Positions 17,201 through 29,072 of a stretch of 64,000 nt of DNA are shown piece after piece. The DNA comes from Chloroflexota bacterium (GTDB lineage Bacteria; Chloroflexota; Limnocylindria; Limnocylindrales; CSP1-4): contig JAJXUG010000014.1 of the NCBI GenBank assembly GCA_021783095.1, positions 1,895 to 65,894 on the forward strand, in the 5' to 3' direction. Each line of letters opens with the position of its first letter. Position 1 is the first letter of the stretch. A model generated the notes under the pieces. That model did no database searches. It was not told the origin of the DNA and saw only the letters and a program-made list of their open reading frames with translations. The position numbers and the translations under genes were made by a program.

Positions 17201-18121
17201 CTAAAGGCCCTCGGCGGCGACCCCGTCGTCGTCGTCGGAAGCGATCGCCGTGCGGACCTCCGCGGCGGCGAACCCGAGCACGGCGATCGCGCACAGGATG
17301 GCGATCCCGATGGCGAGCAGCTGCCCAACCGACAGGGAGCCGATCACCGCCGGGTCGCGCCACGTCGCGGCGACCACCGCCCGCGCCGTCGCCCAGAGCC
17401 CGACAACCAGGAAGAACGACGCCCCGTTCCGCTTGGCGAAGACGCCCAGCGCCATGAGCCACCAGGCCACGCCGCCGACGAGCAGCGTCGCCACCGCCTC
17501 CATCGCCTGCGACGGCCAGGACGGGATCTCGGGCGCGAGCGAACCCCACGGCCCGCCGCCCAGGTAGCGCGTAGCGAGCGAGATGTCGCTGGGCACGCCC
17601 TGCCCGGAGCCGCCGAGCAGCATCGCGAGCTTGAGCAGCCCGAGGAGCAGCAGCAGCGGCAGGGCCAGCGCGTGGAGCCAGCGGCCCAGCGGCGCGCCCA
17701 GCAGCAGCGCCACGATCGACCCCGTGATCGCCCCGCCCACCACGCCCATCGAGAGCTCCAGGCCGCCCTTGGAGATGTCGACCAGCGCGCCCGGGTCGGC
17801 CTGGTAGTAGGCGAGGTGGAGGAGCGCGTACCCCAGCCGCCCGCCCACCACGGCGCCCGGCATCGCGGCCACGGCGATGCACAGCAGGTCGTCGGCGCGC
17901 AGGTGGTTGGGCCCGTCATCCTCGGGGTCGGGCGACGGCCAGTCGGCCGGGACGGACATGTCAACCGGTGTCCAGCGGCCCGCCAGCGCCGCGAACAGCA
18001 GCGCGAGGAGCACGGCGGCCGCCCCCGCCATCGTCTCCCACCGCACCGTGAGCCCGGCGAGCGTGACGGTGGCCGGGAACGTGAAGGTGATCAGCGCGGG
18101 GATCGACGCAAGGGGCACCAC
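17201..18121 (-). CDS. Lgt-like membrane protein with degenerate active site
   Basis: GAVVGGRLGYAL, GGLEL-MGVVGG, WPSQAMEA resemble Lgt segments, but the GRxGNF signature is replaced by LKLAML. Confidence 0.7.
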   Translation of the reverse strand: MVPLASIPALITFTFPATVTLAGLTVRWETMAGAAAVLLALLFAALAGRWTPVDMSVPADWPSPDPEDDGPNHLRADDLLCIAVAAMPGAVVGGRLGYALLHLAYYQADPGALVDISKGGLELSMGVVGGAITGSIVALLLGAPLGRWLHALALPLLLLLGLLKLAMLLGGSGQGVPSDISLATRYLGGGPWGSLAPEIPSWPSQAMEAVATLLVGGVAWWLMALGVFAKRNGASFFLVVGLWATARAVVAATWRDPAVIGSLSVGQLLAIGIAILCAIAVLGFAAAEVRTAIASDDDDGVAAEGL

Positions 18122-18302
18122 GAGGCCGGAGTCTACCCTGCCGGGGCGGCGGCGAATGGGCCGAGCCCGGTGAGCCAGCGGAATGCAGCGGTGCCCGGAG
18201 ATCGTCGAGGGTCACGACCCCCAGGCGCGCACGATCGCCTGCGGTGGTTCCAGGGGGCAACGGATTCGCGGCGGCTGCTGCCCGTGGATCTGGGGGAATC
18301 GA

Positions 18303-18334
18303 GAAGCCCCCGGCCCGTGCGGGCCGGGGGCTTC
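18303..18334 (-). terminator. perfect 14-bp hairpin downstream of S8 gene
   Basis: GAAGCCCCCGGCCC-GTGC-GGGCCGGGGGCTTC. Confidence 0.7.
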
Positions 18335-18358
18335 GTGTCGACCGTCGCGAGGCGGCGG

Positions 18359-20557
18359 CTACTTCACCAGGGCGTAGACGGCGGCGTGGGCCACGACGCC
18401 ACCGTTCGAGATCGTGAGCCACGCCTGGTTGCTGCCGGCCAGCGCGGTCTTCGCGAAGGTCGCGACCACGTGGAACGTGGCACTCGTGCCGCTCGCGAGG
18501 GTGACCGAGGAGCGGTCGACCAAGAAGGTCACGCCGTGCGTCGCGCCCCAGGCGGCGATGGCGAGGCCGAACGTCGCCTCCGAGCCCGAGACGTTCTTCA
18601 TCGTCACCGCGTAGGAGCGCGTCTGGCCCGAGCCCGACGGCGTGGCGCCGAAGCTCACGCTGACCGGGTCGAGGACCACCTGGGCGGTGGTCGCGCTCGC
18701 CAGGTTGACCCGGCCCGAACCGGTGATGTTGACGTTGGTCACGAACGTGGTGCCGTCCGCTGACGAGGTGAGGATCCCGGCGTCAGCGGTGTTCACGACG
18801 GCGGAGCGGATGGCCCATGCCGGCCAGGTCGGGTGCTGCTGGACCAGGATGGCGGCGACGCCGGCGAGGTGCGGCGTGGCCATCGAGGTGCCCTGGAAGA
18901 AGGCGAAGCACGGCTGCCCGCCGCAGAACGAGTTCGGGATCGAGGACAGGACGTTGACGCCGGGGGCCACCACATCGGGCTTGACGCGGAAGTCCACGTT
19001 CGTCGGGCCCTGGCTCGAGAAGCCCGCCATGATGTCGGTGTTCGCGGTCTGGAAGTACGACTCAACCGCGCTGATCGTCGCGGACTGGCCATTGGCCGCC
19101 AGGAGCGCCGGCCGGTCGGCAAGCGAGGCCATGTAGGCCGGGATCGTTGGTGCGGGGAGGGTCCCGTCGGTGGCCATCGCCACCGGGTCCCCGGCCGCGT
19201 TGTTCACGATGACGGCGGCCACGGCACCCGCCTCCTGGGCGAACCGGACCTTGGTGGTGAAGGTGCAGGTGCCGCGCGAGACCACGGCGATCTTGCCGGC
19301 CATGCTGCCCGCGGCGAGGGCGGCGCAGGCGGTCCCCAGACCGCCGGTGCCGGTCGCGACGCCGAGCGGCGCCATGAGGTCGGCCGACACCTTCGCAAAG
19401 TCGCCGGCCGCCAAGCCGTACGACGCGGCGTCGACGGTGAGCGGCGTCCCGACGAAGTGCCCGACGGTCGAGGCGCCGGCGGTGAGGGCGCGGCTGGCGG
19501 ATCCGGGCGACTCCACCGTGGAGAAGCCCGGGCCGCTGTTGCCGGCCGCGACCGCGCTGATCATGTTGGCCTGGTCGAGGTTGTCGACCGCGACCGCGAC
19601 CAGATCCTGGATGCCCTTCTGTCCGCCGCCAAGGCTCATGTTGACGATGTCCATGCCATCGGCGTACGCAGCGTCGAGCGCGTTGAGGATGTCCTCGCTG
19701 CGGGCGTTGAGGACGTCGCCCGGGAAGATGTTGTAGTTGCCGAGCAGGGCGCGCGGTGCGACGCCCGAGATCCCGTACGGGATCGCCACGCCGTCGACCG
19801 TTGCCGGGGTGTTGTAGTCGCAGGCGATGGTGCCCGCGACGTGCGTGCCGTGCTCCTGGACCGGCGCGGCATCGAAGCCGTTCTGGTTGAGCTTGTTGTT
19901 GAAGACCCGGGCCACGAACACCTTGTTGTTGGTGTAGGCCTTCTGCCCCAGCTGGGTGATGGTTGGGTAGCCGTCGTCGCTGAAGCACGGGCTCTTGATG
20001 TCGATGCCCGTGTCGATGACGCCCACCTTCACGCCGTCACCGGCGGTCGCCGGGGCCTGGCCGGCGTTCTTCCAGCCCGCGGCCGCGCTGATCGCACCCA
20101 GGTCGGGATCGTCCGCCGTCGGGTAGTAGAGGCCCTCGTACTCGGCGCGGACCACGAGCGATGACGTCCGGATCGTCGCGAGCGAGGTGCCGTTGAGCTT
20201 GACCGCGACCGCGTTGAGCGAGAGGTCGTAGCCCCCCACGACCTGCGCCTTGGGGGCCGCGGTGTGGAGCCAATGCTTGAACTGGTTGCGCAGGGACGCA
20301 AGGTGGGCCTTGTACGACTTCACCGTGGCGCTGTTGAAGTCGATCTTCTTGCCCTGGGCCGGCTTGGTCTTCGCGTACGTGGACAGCGGTGCGCCGGCAA
20401 GCTGGACCAGCGCGGATCCCTTGTCGACGGTGACCCTGGCCGGCGTCGCGCCGTCCGTGACGACGCCGCTTGGCACCGCCGCCAGGGTGCCGCCCGGCAC
20501 CGAGGCGATGAGGGCAGCGGCCAACGCCGCCGCGAGGCTGAGCCTCACGCGAACCAC
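18359..20557 (-). CDS. secreted S8 subtilase (Vpr-like; I9 prodomain, PA domain)
   Basis: Signal peptide; VGVIDTGID, HGTHVAG, AAGNSG, PA insert VSRGTCTF, QGTSMATPH; GTG 20557 after GAAGGGAGG. Confidence 0.93.
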   Translation of the reverse strand: MVRVRLSLAAALAAALIASVPGGTLAAVPSGVVTDGATPARVTVDKGSALVQLAGAPLSTYAKTKPAQGKKIDFNSATVKSYKAHLASLRNQFKHWLHTAAPKAQVVGGYDLSLNAVAVKLNGTSLATIRTSSLVVRAEYEGLYYPTADDPDLGAISAAAGWKNAGQAPATAGDGVKVGVIDTGIDIKSPCFSDDGYPTITQLGQKAYTNNKVFVARVFNNKLNQNGFDAAPVQEHGTHVAGTIACDYNTPATVDGVAIPYGISGVAPRALLGNYNIFPGDVLNARSEDILNALDAAYADGMDIVNMSLGGGQKGIQDLVAVAVDNLDQANMISAVAAGNSGPGFSTVESPGSASRALTAGASTVGHFVGTPLTVDAASYGLAAGDFAKVSADLMAPLGVATGTGGLGTACAALAAGSMAGKIAVVSRGTCTFTTKVRFAQEAGAVAAVIVNNAAGDPVAMATDGTLPAPTIPAYMASLADRPALLAANGQSATISAVESYFQTANTDIMAGFSSQGPTNVDFRVKPDVVAPGVNVLSSIPNSFCGGQPCFAFFQGTSMATPHLAGVAAILVQQHPTWPAWAIRSAVVNTADAGILTSSADGTTFVTNVNITGSGRVNLASATTAQVVLDPVSVSFGATPSGSGQTRSYAVTMKNVSGSEATFGLAIAAWGATHGVTFLVDRSSVTLASGTSATFHVVATFAKTALAGSNQAWLTISNGGVVAHAAVYALVK

Positions 20558-20744
20558 GATCGGGTCCCTCCCTTCGTGAACCACCCGGGCACACCTGGCG
20601 CGCCCGTTCCCCGGCGGCGATGTGGGCCAGCCTACCCCGTCCGGGCCATGCCAAGACCCCCCGAATGGACACGCCTGTTGCTCGGAGGCAACGGTTCCAG
20701 CGTGCGGAGGCTCACGCCGTCCCGGCGCCGGTCGCGGGTATCGA

Positions 20745-20776
20745 GAAGCCCCCGACCCGCGTGGGACGGGGGCTTC
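20745..20776 (-). terminator. hairpin downstream of mdh
   Basis: GAAGCCCCCG ... CGGGGGCTTC; arms identical to the 18303 hairpin. Confidence 0.65.
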
Positions 20777-20806
20777 GGGCCGCTGAGCGGACTCGCCGGG
20801 CGAGCC

Positions 20807-23503
<2,697 letters not shown>

Positions 23504-23528
23504 TGGCAGGCACCTCGACTGGGACGCG

Positions 23529-23632
23529 GACTGAGCGCCCGCGAAAGCTCTGACCGGCCGCGCGTGGCGGGCCCTGCGGCCCGGGAGTCGGCTTCCTCAG
23601 TCAAGGTCGCGATTCGATTGCCAGCGATTGTA
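23529..23632 (-). promoter_or_regulatory. pckA promoter (-10 TACAAT) and structured 5' leader
   Basis: TACAAT on minus strand at 23627-23632; nested stems GACTGAG/CTCAGTC etc. at 23529-23602. Confidence 0.45.
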
Positions 23633-23851
23633 GCGGTGGCGTCTATCGCCGTCGTGCCCAGTGGTCGCGGCGGTGCGTCGTGCGCGACGCGAAATGACGT
23701 GGACGCCTTCGCCCGTGCCTTGAGTCGGCTGCGACTCGAATCGCTGCTGTCCGTGCGTACGCGGCGCCGCCAGGGGCTGGTTCGGCGAGCGTGCCACGCT
23801 CGCCAGCGCCGAGATTCAGTCTGACCCGACTCGCGCCACGGCTCGCCGGCC

Positions 23852-25066
23852 TCAGCGCGACGTGCACCACCAGTCCAGGAGCGTGCCCTTCCAGGGTGGG
23901 GTCCGGTCCAGCCCACCGGGATCGAGGACCACACGGGTGCCGTCCCGGGCGACGAGGACGACGACGGCCTCGACCTGGACAGGGCTCCGGGGCGAGGGCA
24001 CGTCGAGGCCGACCACCATCTCGGACGCGACCGGCGTGGCGGCAACGGCCAGCGGCGCCGGTCCCAGGTTGACTTGGTGGTCCACGACCGTCACGGGCCA
24101 CACCTCCAGGCGGAACGTCGAGAACCGCTGCTCGAATGCCGCGACGCGCGAGGGGTCGCCCACCACGTACGACGCGAACAGACCCGGGCCGCCCTGGACG
24201 TCGCCCCAGTTGACCGGGGATCCCGAGCCCGCGAGCAGGGGCTCCGTGTCGCTCGCGACGCCGATGCTCGACACGTCACCGCTCCACCAGCTCGAGGAGT
24301 CGTTTGCCTGCACAGTGGCGAACCCCGCGCCCGTGGTCGCGGCGACAACAGCCAGCAGGAGGGCGAGCCGGCCGCGGGCCGTCGTCCGCGGGAACGTCGT
24401 CACGCTGGTGGCGGGTCGGAGGGCGGCGAGGAGGAACGCAACGGGACCCAGCGGCAGCCCGATCGCGAGGATCCAGTCCATGTCGGTCGAGTACAGGGTC
24501 CACAGGACCACGGACCAGGCGACAAGGCCGCCGATGCCGACCGCGAGCCTGACGCCGCGGACCGACCGCCCCACCCGCCGCGCCACGCGCGCAGGCAGGG
24601 CCCACCCCATCCACGCGAACCAGAGCACCGCGAGGACGACGGTTCCGACGCTCGCCGACGGCCCGGTGAGCCACCCGGACCCACTCATCCCGGTGACCTG
24701 CGTGATGGCAATCAGGGCCGATAGCGCGCAGAGCACCACGGCAGCCGCGAGCAGCCACACCATCGCAAGCGAGGCCGCGCCGAACCCCAGCGCCGAGAAC
24801 GCGGCACCGCCGACGGCTGCCAGGAGATGCCTCCGCCGATGCCGCGCCCGCCCAAGCTCATGGCCGAGCGTCGCCGGATCGCCCAGCGACCGGATCGCGC
24901 GCTGCTCGGCGTCGTCCACGTCCAGTCCGGCCGCGCGCCAGCCGGCGGCAGCGTCGGACAGGTGGCTGGTGAGCTCCTCGAGGACTTCGCCCACCTCGGC
25001 CGGCTGGAGGTCCACCGCGTCGGCGACCCGGAGCAGGAACGTCGCGCGATCGAGCGGGTCAGGCAC
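23852..25066 (-). CDS. membrane protein with N-terminal HAAS/permease-prefix-like domain
   Basis: EVLEELTSHLSD...AEQRAIRSLGDPATLG helical domain followed by ~5 TM helices and an extracellular tail; overlaps padR. Confidence 0.75.
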   Translation of the reverse strand: MPDPLDRATFLLRVADAVDLQPAEVGEVLEELTSHLSDAAAGWRAAGLDVDDAEQRAIRSLGDPATLGHELGRARHRRRHLLAAVGGAAFSALGFGAASLAMVWLLAAAVVLCALSALIAITQVTGMSGSGWLTGPSASVGTVVLAVLWFAWMGWALPARVARRVGRSVRGVRLAVGIGGLVAWSVVLWTLYSTDMDWILAIGLPLGPVAFLLAALRPATSVTTFPRTTARGRLALLLAVVAATTGAGFATVQANDSSSWWSGDVSSIGVASDTEPLLAGSGSPVNWGDVQGGPGLFASYVVGDPSRVAAFEQRFSTFRLEVWPVTVVDHQVNLGPAPLAVAATPVASEMVVGLDVPSPRSPVQVEAVVVLVARDGTRVVLDPGGLDRTPPWKGTLLDWWCTSR

Positions 25067-25412
25067 CGGAGGGCTCCCGGCGGGCGGCCACGCGGTGGAC
25101 GGCGCTGCTGAAGGCTGCCCACTCCTCCTCGAGCGCTGCCAGCTTCGCGTGCCCCGTCGGCGTGATGCGGTACCAGCGGCGCCGCGGGCCCCTGTCGCCG
25201 GCGCGCCACACCGCCTCGAGTCCCCCCTCGGTCTCGAGGCGGTGCAGCGTCGGGTAGAGCGAGCCCTCGGACGGGAGGAATGCGCCGTCGCTCCGCTCGC
25301 GGATCTTCACCGCGATCTGGTAGCCGTAGAGCTCGCCCTCGCGCAGCACGGAGAGCACCAGGTACGCCATCGCGCCCTTCATCAGCTCCGTGCGCAGCGG
25401 GTCGCGGGCCAT
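25059..25412 (-). CDS. PadR family transcriptional regulator
   Basis: ELMKG..VLSVL..ELYGYQI..SEGSLYPTLHRLE..PRRRWYRITPTG. Confidence 0.92.
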   Translation of the reverse strand: MARDPLRTELMKGAMAYLVLSVLREGELYGYQIAVKIRERSDGAFLPSEGSLYPTLHRLETEGGLEAVWRAGDRGPRRRWYRITPTGHAKLAALEEEWAAFSSAVHRVAARREPSGA

Positions 25413-25450
25413 CCCGTCCTCGTCGGTGTCCCTCGATCTTCGAGGCAGGC

Positions 25451-25483
25451 CTATATCGTTCTCCGAGGTAGCCTCCGTGTCAA
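25451..25483 (-). promoter_or_regulatory. padR promoter (-35 TTGACA) with imperfect palindrome
   Basis: TTGACA (minus, 25478-25483); CTATATCG-N5-CGAGGTAG at 25451-25471. Confidence 0.45.
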
Positions 25484-25873
25484 GGGCTTCGTGGCGTGGC
25501 CAGCGTGGTCGAGCGGGCGCACATTGCAGCTCGCCAGGCAGTCCGTCCCCTGTGGGGGCGACAGTCCGACGCGAGGCGGAAGGCCAGGCCACGCCTCGTC
25601 CCCGAGCCGTCGCTCCTGGCTCCTCCGGGAGGCGACTATCCGACGAAGTCCGCTCGCATCTCCCCCAGGGGGAGACAGGGGCGGACTCGACCCCGCACGC
25701 CGTGCACGGGCCCAGCTCCGGACGTTGGATAGCCGCCGCCAGGGGCGCTACGAGCGAAGCAGGGTGCCGGCGGCGCCCGGCGATGGGGCGGCGACCGCGG
25801 CGCTCGCCGTCCCCCGCGGATCCGCCGGCGCGCCGGGAGCCGCGAGGCTGGGCCCGTGACCCGCCAGGCAACC

Positions 25874-26806
25874 CTACGGATCACCGCGGTCGAGCCGGCC
25901 GGGGCGCAGGAACAACCAGGTCAGGCGTCGGCGGAGGCGACGGGGCTGTGACGGCAGGTCTACGGTCCCGGGCTGCAACTCCTCAACCGCGGGCCCGAGC
26001 AGCGCCTCGAACGCCGCCGTGAGATCGCGGGCCAGCTCCAGCTCCTCGCGCGAGCCCTCCGCCGGCAGGACGCCGTCCCACGCGTCGCCCAGCAGCGAGC
26101 GCGCGCTCGTGGGCGACAGCACGCGCGAGGCCATCCGCCGCCCGATGTACAGCTCCTCCGTGCCCGCCATCGCGAGCGGGACGATCGGCGCGCCCGTCCG
26201 CAGGGCGATGAGCGCCGCTCCGTTGCGGAACGGCCCGATGCGTCCCGGCGGGCCGGAGACCGTCCCCTCGGGCATCTGGGCGAACACCGCGCCGTTGGCG
26301 ATGACGGCGCGAGCCGAGGCGACGTGGGCGTCGATCCCCACCCCGCCGCGCCAGACTGGCAGCAGCCCGCCGAGTCGGTGGACGAACCGCTCGCGGAGGC
26401 GGCTGGTGAACGTGGACGGCGCGCTGCCCAGGAACCACGCGCGGGGCTCGACCGGCAGCGCGTGCAGCACCAGGAACGGGTCCATCCAGCCGCGGTGCGC
26501 GGCCGCGATCAGCAGGTAGCCGCCCGAGCGCGGCAGGTGCTCCTGCCCTGACGTCTCGATCCGCATCCGGCAGAGCCCGAACAACACGAACCGGGCGAAC
26601 AGGCGGACGGTGCGGTATAGGAGCGAGGCGCGCGCCTCGGGCGGCCGGCCAAGCCAGTCGAGGCCTTCGCGCTCGCCCCCAGCCGAGGCGAGCGCGCCGC
26701 GCTCGAGGCGCGAGGGAGGACGCCGTCGACGAGCAGACGGGTGCGGGGCCTCAGCGGATCGGTGCGGCTCCGTCGGCTCCGGGCTCGCCGCCGGGTCCAT
26801 CGTCAT
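25874..26806 (-). CDS. lysophospholipid acyltransferase (PlsC family)
   Basis: AHRGWMD (HxxxxD), MPEGT, GAALIA...PIVP. Confidence 0.88.
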   Translation of the reverse strand: MTMDPAASPEPTEPHRSAEAPHPSARRRRPPSRLERGALASAGGEREGLDWLGRPPEARASLLYRTVRLFARFVLFGLCRMRIETSGQEHLPRSGGYLLIAAAHRGWMDPFLVLHALPVEPRAWFLGSAPSTFTSRLRERFVHRLGGLLPVWRGGVGIDAHVASARAVIANGAVFAQMPEGTVSGPPGRIGPFRNGAALIALRTGAPIVPLAMAGTEELYIGRRMASRVLSPTSARSLLGDAWDGVLPAEGSREELELARDLTAAFEALLGPAVEELQPGTVDLPSQPRRLRRRLTWLFLRPGRLDRGDP

Positions 26807-27743
26807 CGACCGGCTCCTCGTCGTCCTCGAAGACCTCGTCCTCGTCGTCCTCGTAGAGCTCTTCGCTGGGCTTGGGCGGCGCGCCCCACGGCTCGTAGGC
26901 GGCCCCGGGCCGGTGCCGGTACAGCAGCACGCCGCCGGCCACCACGAACGTCACCGACGACACCACCATCGCGGTCGGCACGCCGAAGAACGTCCAGTTC
27001 CCCTCGCGGAACGTCTCGAGCCAGAACCGGACCACCGCGTACCACATGAACCAGATCAGCAGCAGGTCCCCCGGGCGCATCCGCGGGCCGAAGCGCCGCG
27101 CCAGCCACAGCAGGGTGATGAGCCCCAGCACGCCCGACACGCTCTCGTAGAGGAACAGCGGCGTGAACGCGGTGGTCTCGAAGGGGTACTGCGAGCACGG
27201 CCACTGCGTGATCCCGTGGTCGCCGATCCGGTGGGCGCAGTCGATCTGGATGCCCCAGGGCAGGGTGGTCGGCGGGCCGTAGAGCTCCTGGTTGAAGAAG
27301 TTCCCCCACCGCCCGATGGCCTGCATCGTGAACAGCGCCGGCGCGATGACGTCGGCCCACTTCCAGAACGGCTGCTTCCAGCGGCGGATGATGTAGATCG
27401 CCGCCAGGGTGCCCGTGACGATGCCGCCGTAGACCCCCAGCCCGGTGTACGGAGGAAGGAAGATCTTGATCGGATCGTCCTTGTACAGCACCCACTGGTC
27501 GATCACGTGGTAGGCGCGCCCGCCGACGAGGGCAGCGGCCGCGACGATGATGATCCCGTTGTCCACCAGCCTGGCGTCGAGCCCGCGCCGGTGCGCCTCG
27601 CGGGTGACCACGGCATAGGACGCCGCGAGGCCGATGGCGTAACAGACCCCGTACCAGTACACCGGGATGGGGCCCAAGTGGATCGCGATGGGGTCGGGCG
27701 TGATCGCGATCATCGCGAGAATCGGGATGAGCAGAGTCGGCAT
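26751..27743 (-). CDS. lgt: prolipoprotein diacylglyceryl transferase
   Basis: VYWYG, GGRAYHV, GLGVYGG, QAIGRWGNFFNQELYG, FLYES, RFWLETFR. Confidence 0.93.
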   Translation of the reverse strand: MPTLLIPILAMIAITPDPIAIHLGPIPVYWYGVCYAIGLAASYAVVTREAHRRGLDARLVDNGIIIVAAAALVGGRAYHVIDQWVLYKDDPIKIFLPPYTGLGVYGGIVTGTLAAIYIIRRWKQPFWKWADVIAPALFTMQAIGRWGNFFNQELYGPPTTLPWGIQIDCAHRIGDHGITQWPCSQYPFETTAFTPLFLYESVSGVLGLITLLWLARRFGPRMRPGDLLLIWFMWYAVVRFWLETFREGNWTFFGVPTAMVVSSVTFVVAGGVLLYRHRPGAAYEPWGAPPKPSEELYEDDEDEVFEDDEEPVDDDGPGGEPGADGAAPIR

Positions 27744-27829
27744 GTCGGCGAAGTGTAGCCGGTGCGCCGCCGAGATCCGTGGGCTACGCTACAGCGCGAT
27801 GACGCCGCCTGCCTTCTGGGGGTCCTGAC

Positions 27830-28135
27830 GTGGGGTCCGAGTTCAGCATCTGGCTCCTCGTGGTCGGCTTGGTTGCCGGCGGCGCGCTGACCTGGCTGGT
27901 CATGGCCGAGCTCGGCCGACGCGACGAGGAGATCTCCGAGCGCGAGTTGCACGCCGAGGCCGGCTGGATGATGGGCGCCGTGGGCGACCCGCGCCTCGAC
28001 GCCCAGCTGGCCGAGGATGTGCTCCGCGCCCACCGACGCTACCTGAGCTTCCCTCCCCCGGACGCACTGATCTCGCCCGAGGAGCTCGCCGCGCTCGAGC
28101 AGCAGGCCGCCGAGGCCGTGCGCCCCGAGGGCTGA
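27830..28135 (+). CDS. hypothetical membrane-anchored protein
   Basis: N-terminal TM helix plus acidic helical domain; good codon usage. Confidence 0.65.
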   Translation: MGSEFSIWLLVVGLVAGGALTWLVMAELGRRDEEISERELHAEAGWMMGAVGDPRLDAQLAEDVLRAHRRYLSFPPPDALISPEELAALEQQAAEAVRPEG

Positions 28136-28193
28136 CCCCGAGCCGCCGACCCCGAGCCGCCGACCGGCGGCCGAGCCGAGCGTCCCGCCGCTC

Positions 28194-29072
28194 TCAGGTC
28201 CCGCCGAGCAGGACCGGGCTCCCGGTGGTCGACCCGGCTGGGACCAGCGAGACGCCGAAGGAACTGCCCGGCTTGAGGTCCGCGAGGCCGCCCACCTTGC
28301 CCGCCCAGGTGCCGTCGGCGCCCTCCATGTAGAGCACGCCGATCCGTCGTCGCTGGCCGCCCTGCTCCACCCAGCAGGCGTAGGTGGCGCCATCGGGGAT
28401 CGGGGCCAGGCCGGTCACCGTCATCGCCAGCTCCCCAGAGGCGACGGAGTAGAGGAGTGCGCCCGAACCCTGCGCGCCGTCGGCGGGCGCCAGCGTGACG
28501 CGGACGACGTCAGCCTGCTGGGCGAGGCGCATCGTGGTCTGCGCAATGGCGAGCGATGCGCCCGCGCCGTCGGCCGAGGTTGCGGGCCGCGCCGCGCCAC
28601 CGGCGACGAACCCGGCGACCGCGGCCACCAGGACCGCCGCGGCGGACGCTGCAGCCCACCACGCGCGCCGCGATCGCGGGCGGTCGAGCGACGGAACGAT
28701 GGCGGCCGGCGACCCCGCCCCCACGGTTGGCGCCGCGGCTGCCGACGATGCCGCAGCCGAAGACGCCGCCGGGCGAAGCACAGCCACGGGCGCTGCCGAT
28801 GCGTCCGCCTCGGCAGCGCGATCGCGCCCCACATCGCGCACGTAGCTGAGCGTGCGGTCCCGCAGGGCCGGATCGGGCAACTCGCGGATCGCCTGACGGG
28901 CGAGCGTCGAGACCCGTGCGGTCCGCGCCAGCTCCGAGGTGCACGCGTCGCAGCCGGCGAGGTGCCCGGCGACCGCGGCTGCCTCGGCCGTGTCGCCCGC
29001 CACGAGGCGCGCCAAGCCCTCCGGCTCGACCGCGGCGAGCTCGATGAGTTCGACGACCTCAGCGTGGTCCAT
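28194..29072 (-). CDS. anti-sigma factor (ZAS + TM + RskA-like)
   Basis: HLAGCDAC zinc motif, single TM, C-terminal GLAP..TYACW..FGVSL; overlaps sigma gene. Confidence 0.85.
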   Translation of the reverse strand: MDHAEVVELIELAAVEPEGLARLVAGDTAEAAAVAGHLAGCDACTSELARTARVSTLARQAIRELPDPALRDRTLSYVRDVGRDRAAEADASAAPVAVLRPAASSAAASSAAAAPTVGAGSPAAIVPSLDRPRSRRAWWAAASAAAVLVAAVAGFVAGGAARPATSADGAGASLAIAQTTMRLAQQADVVRVTLAPADGAQGSGALLYSVASGELAMTVTGLAPIPDGATYACWVEQGGQRRRIGVLYMEGADGTWAGKVGGLADLKPGSSFGVSLVPAGSTTGSPVLLGGT

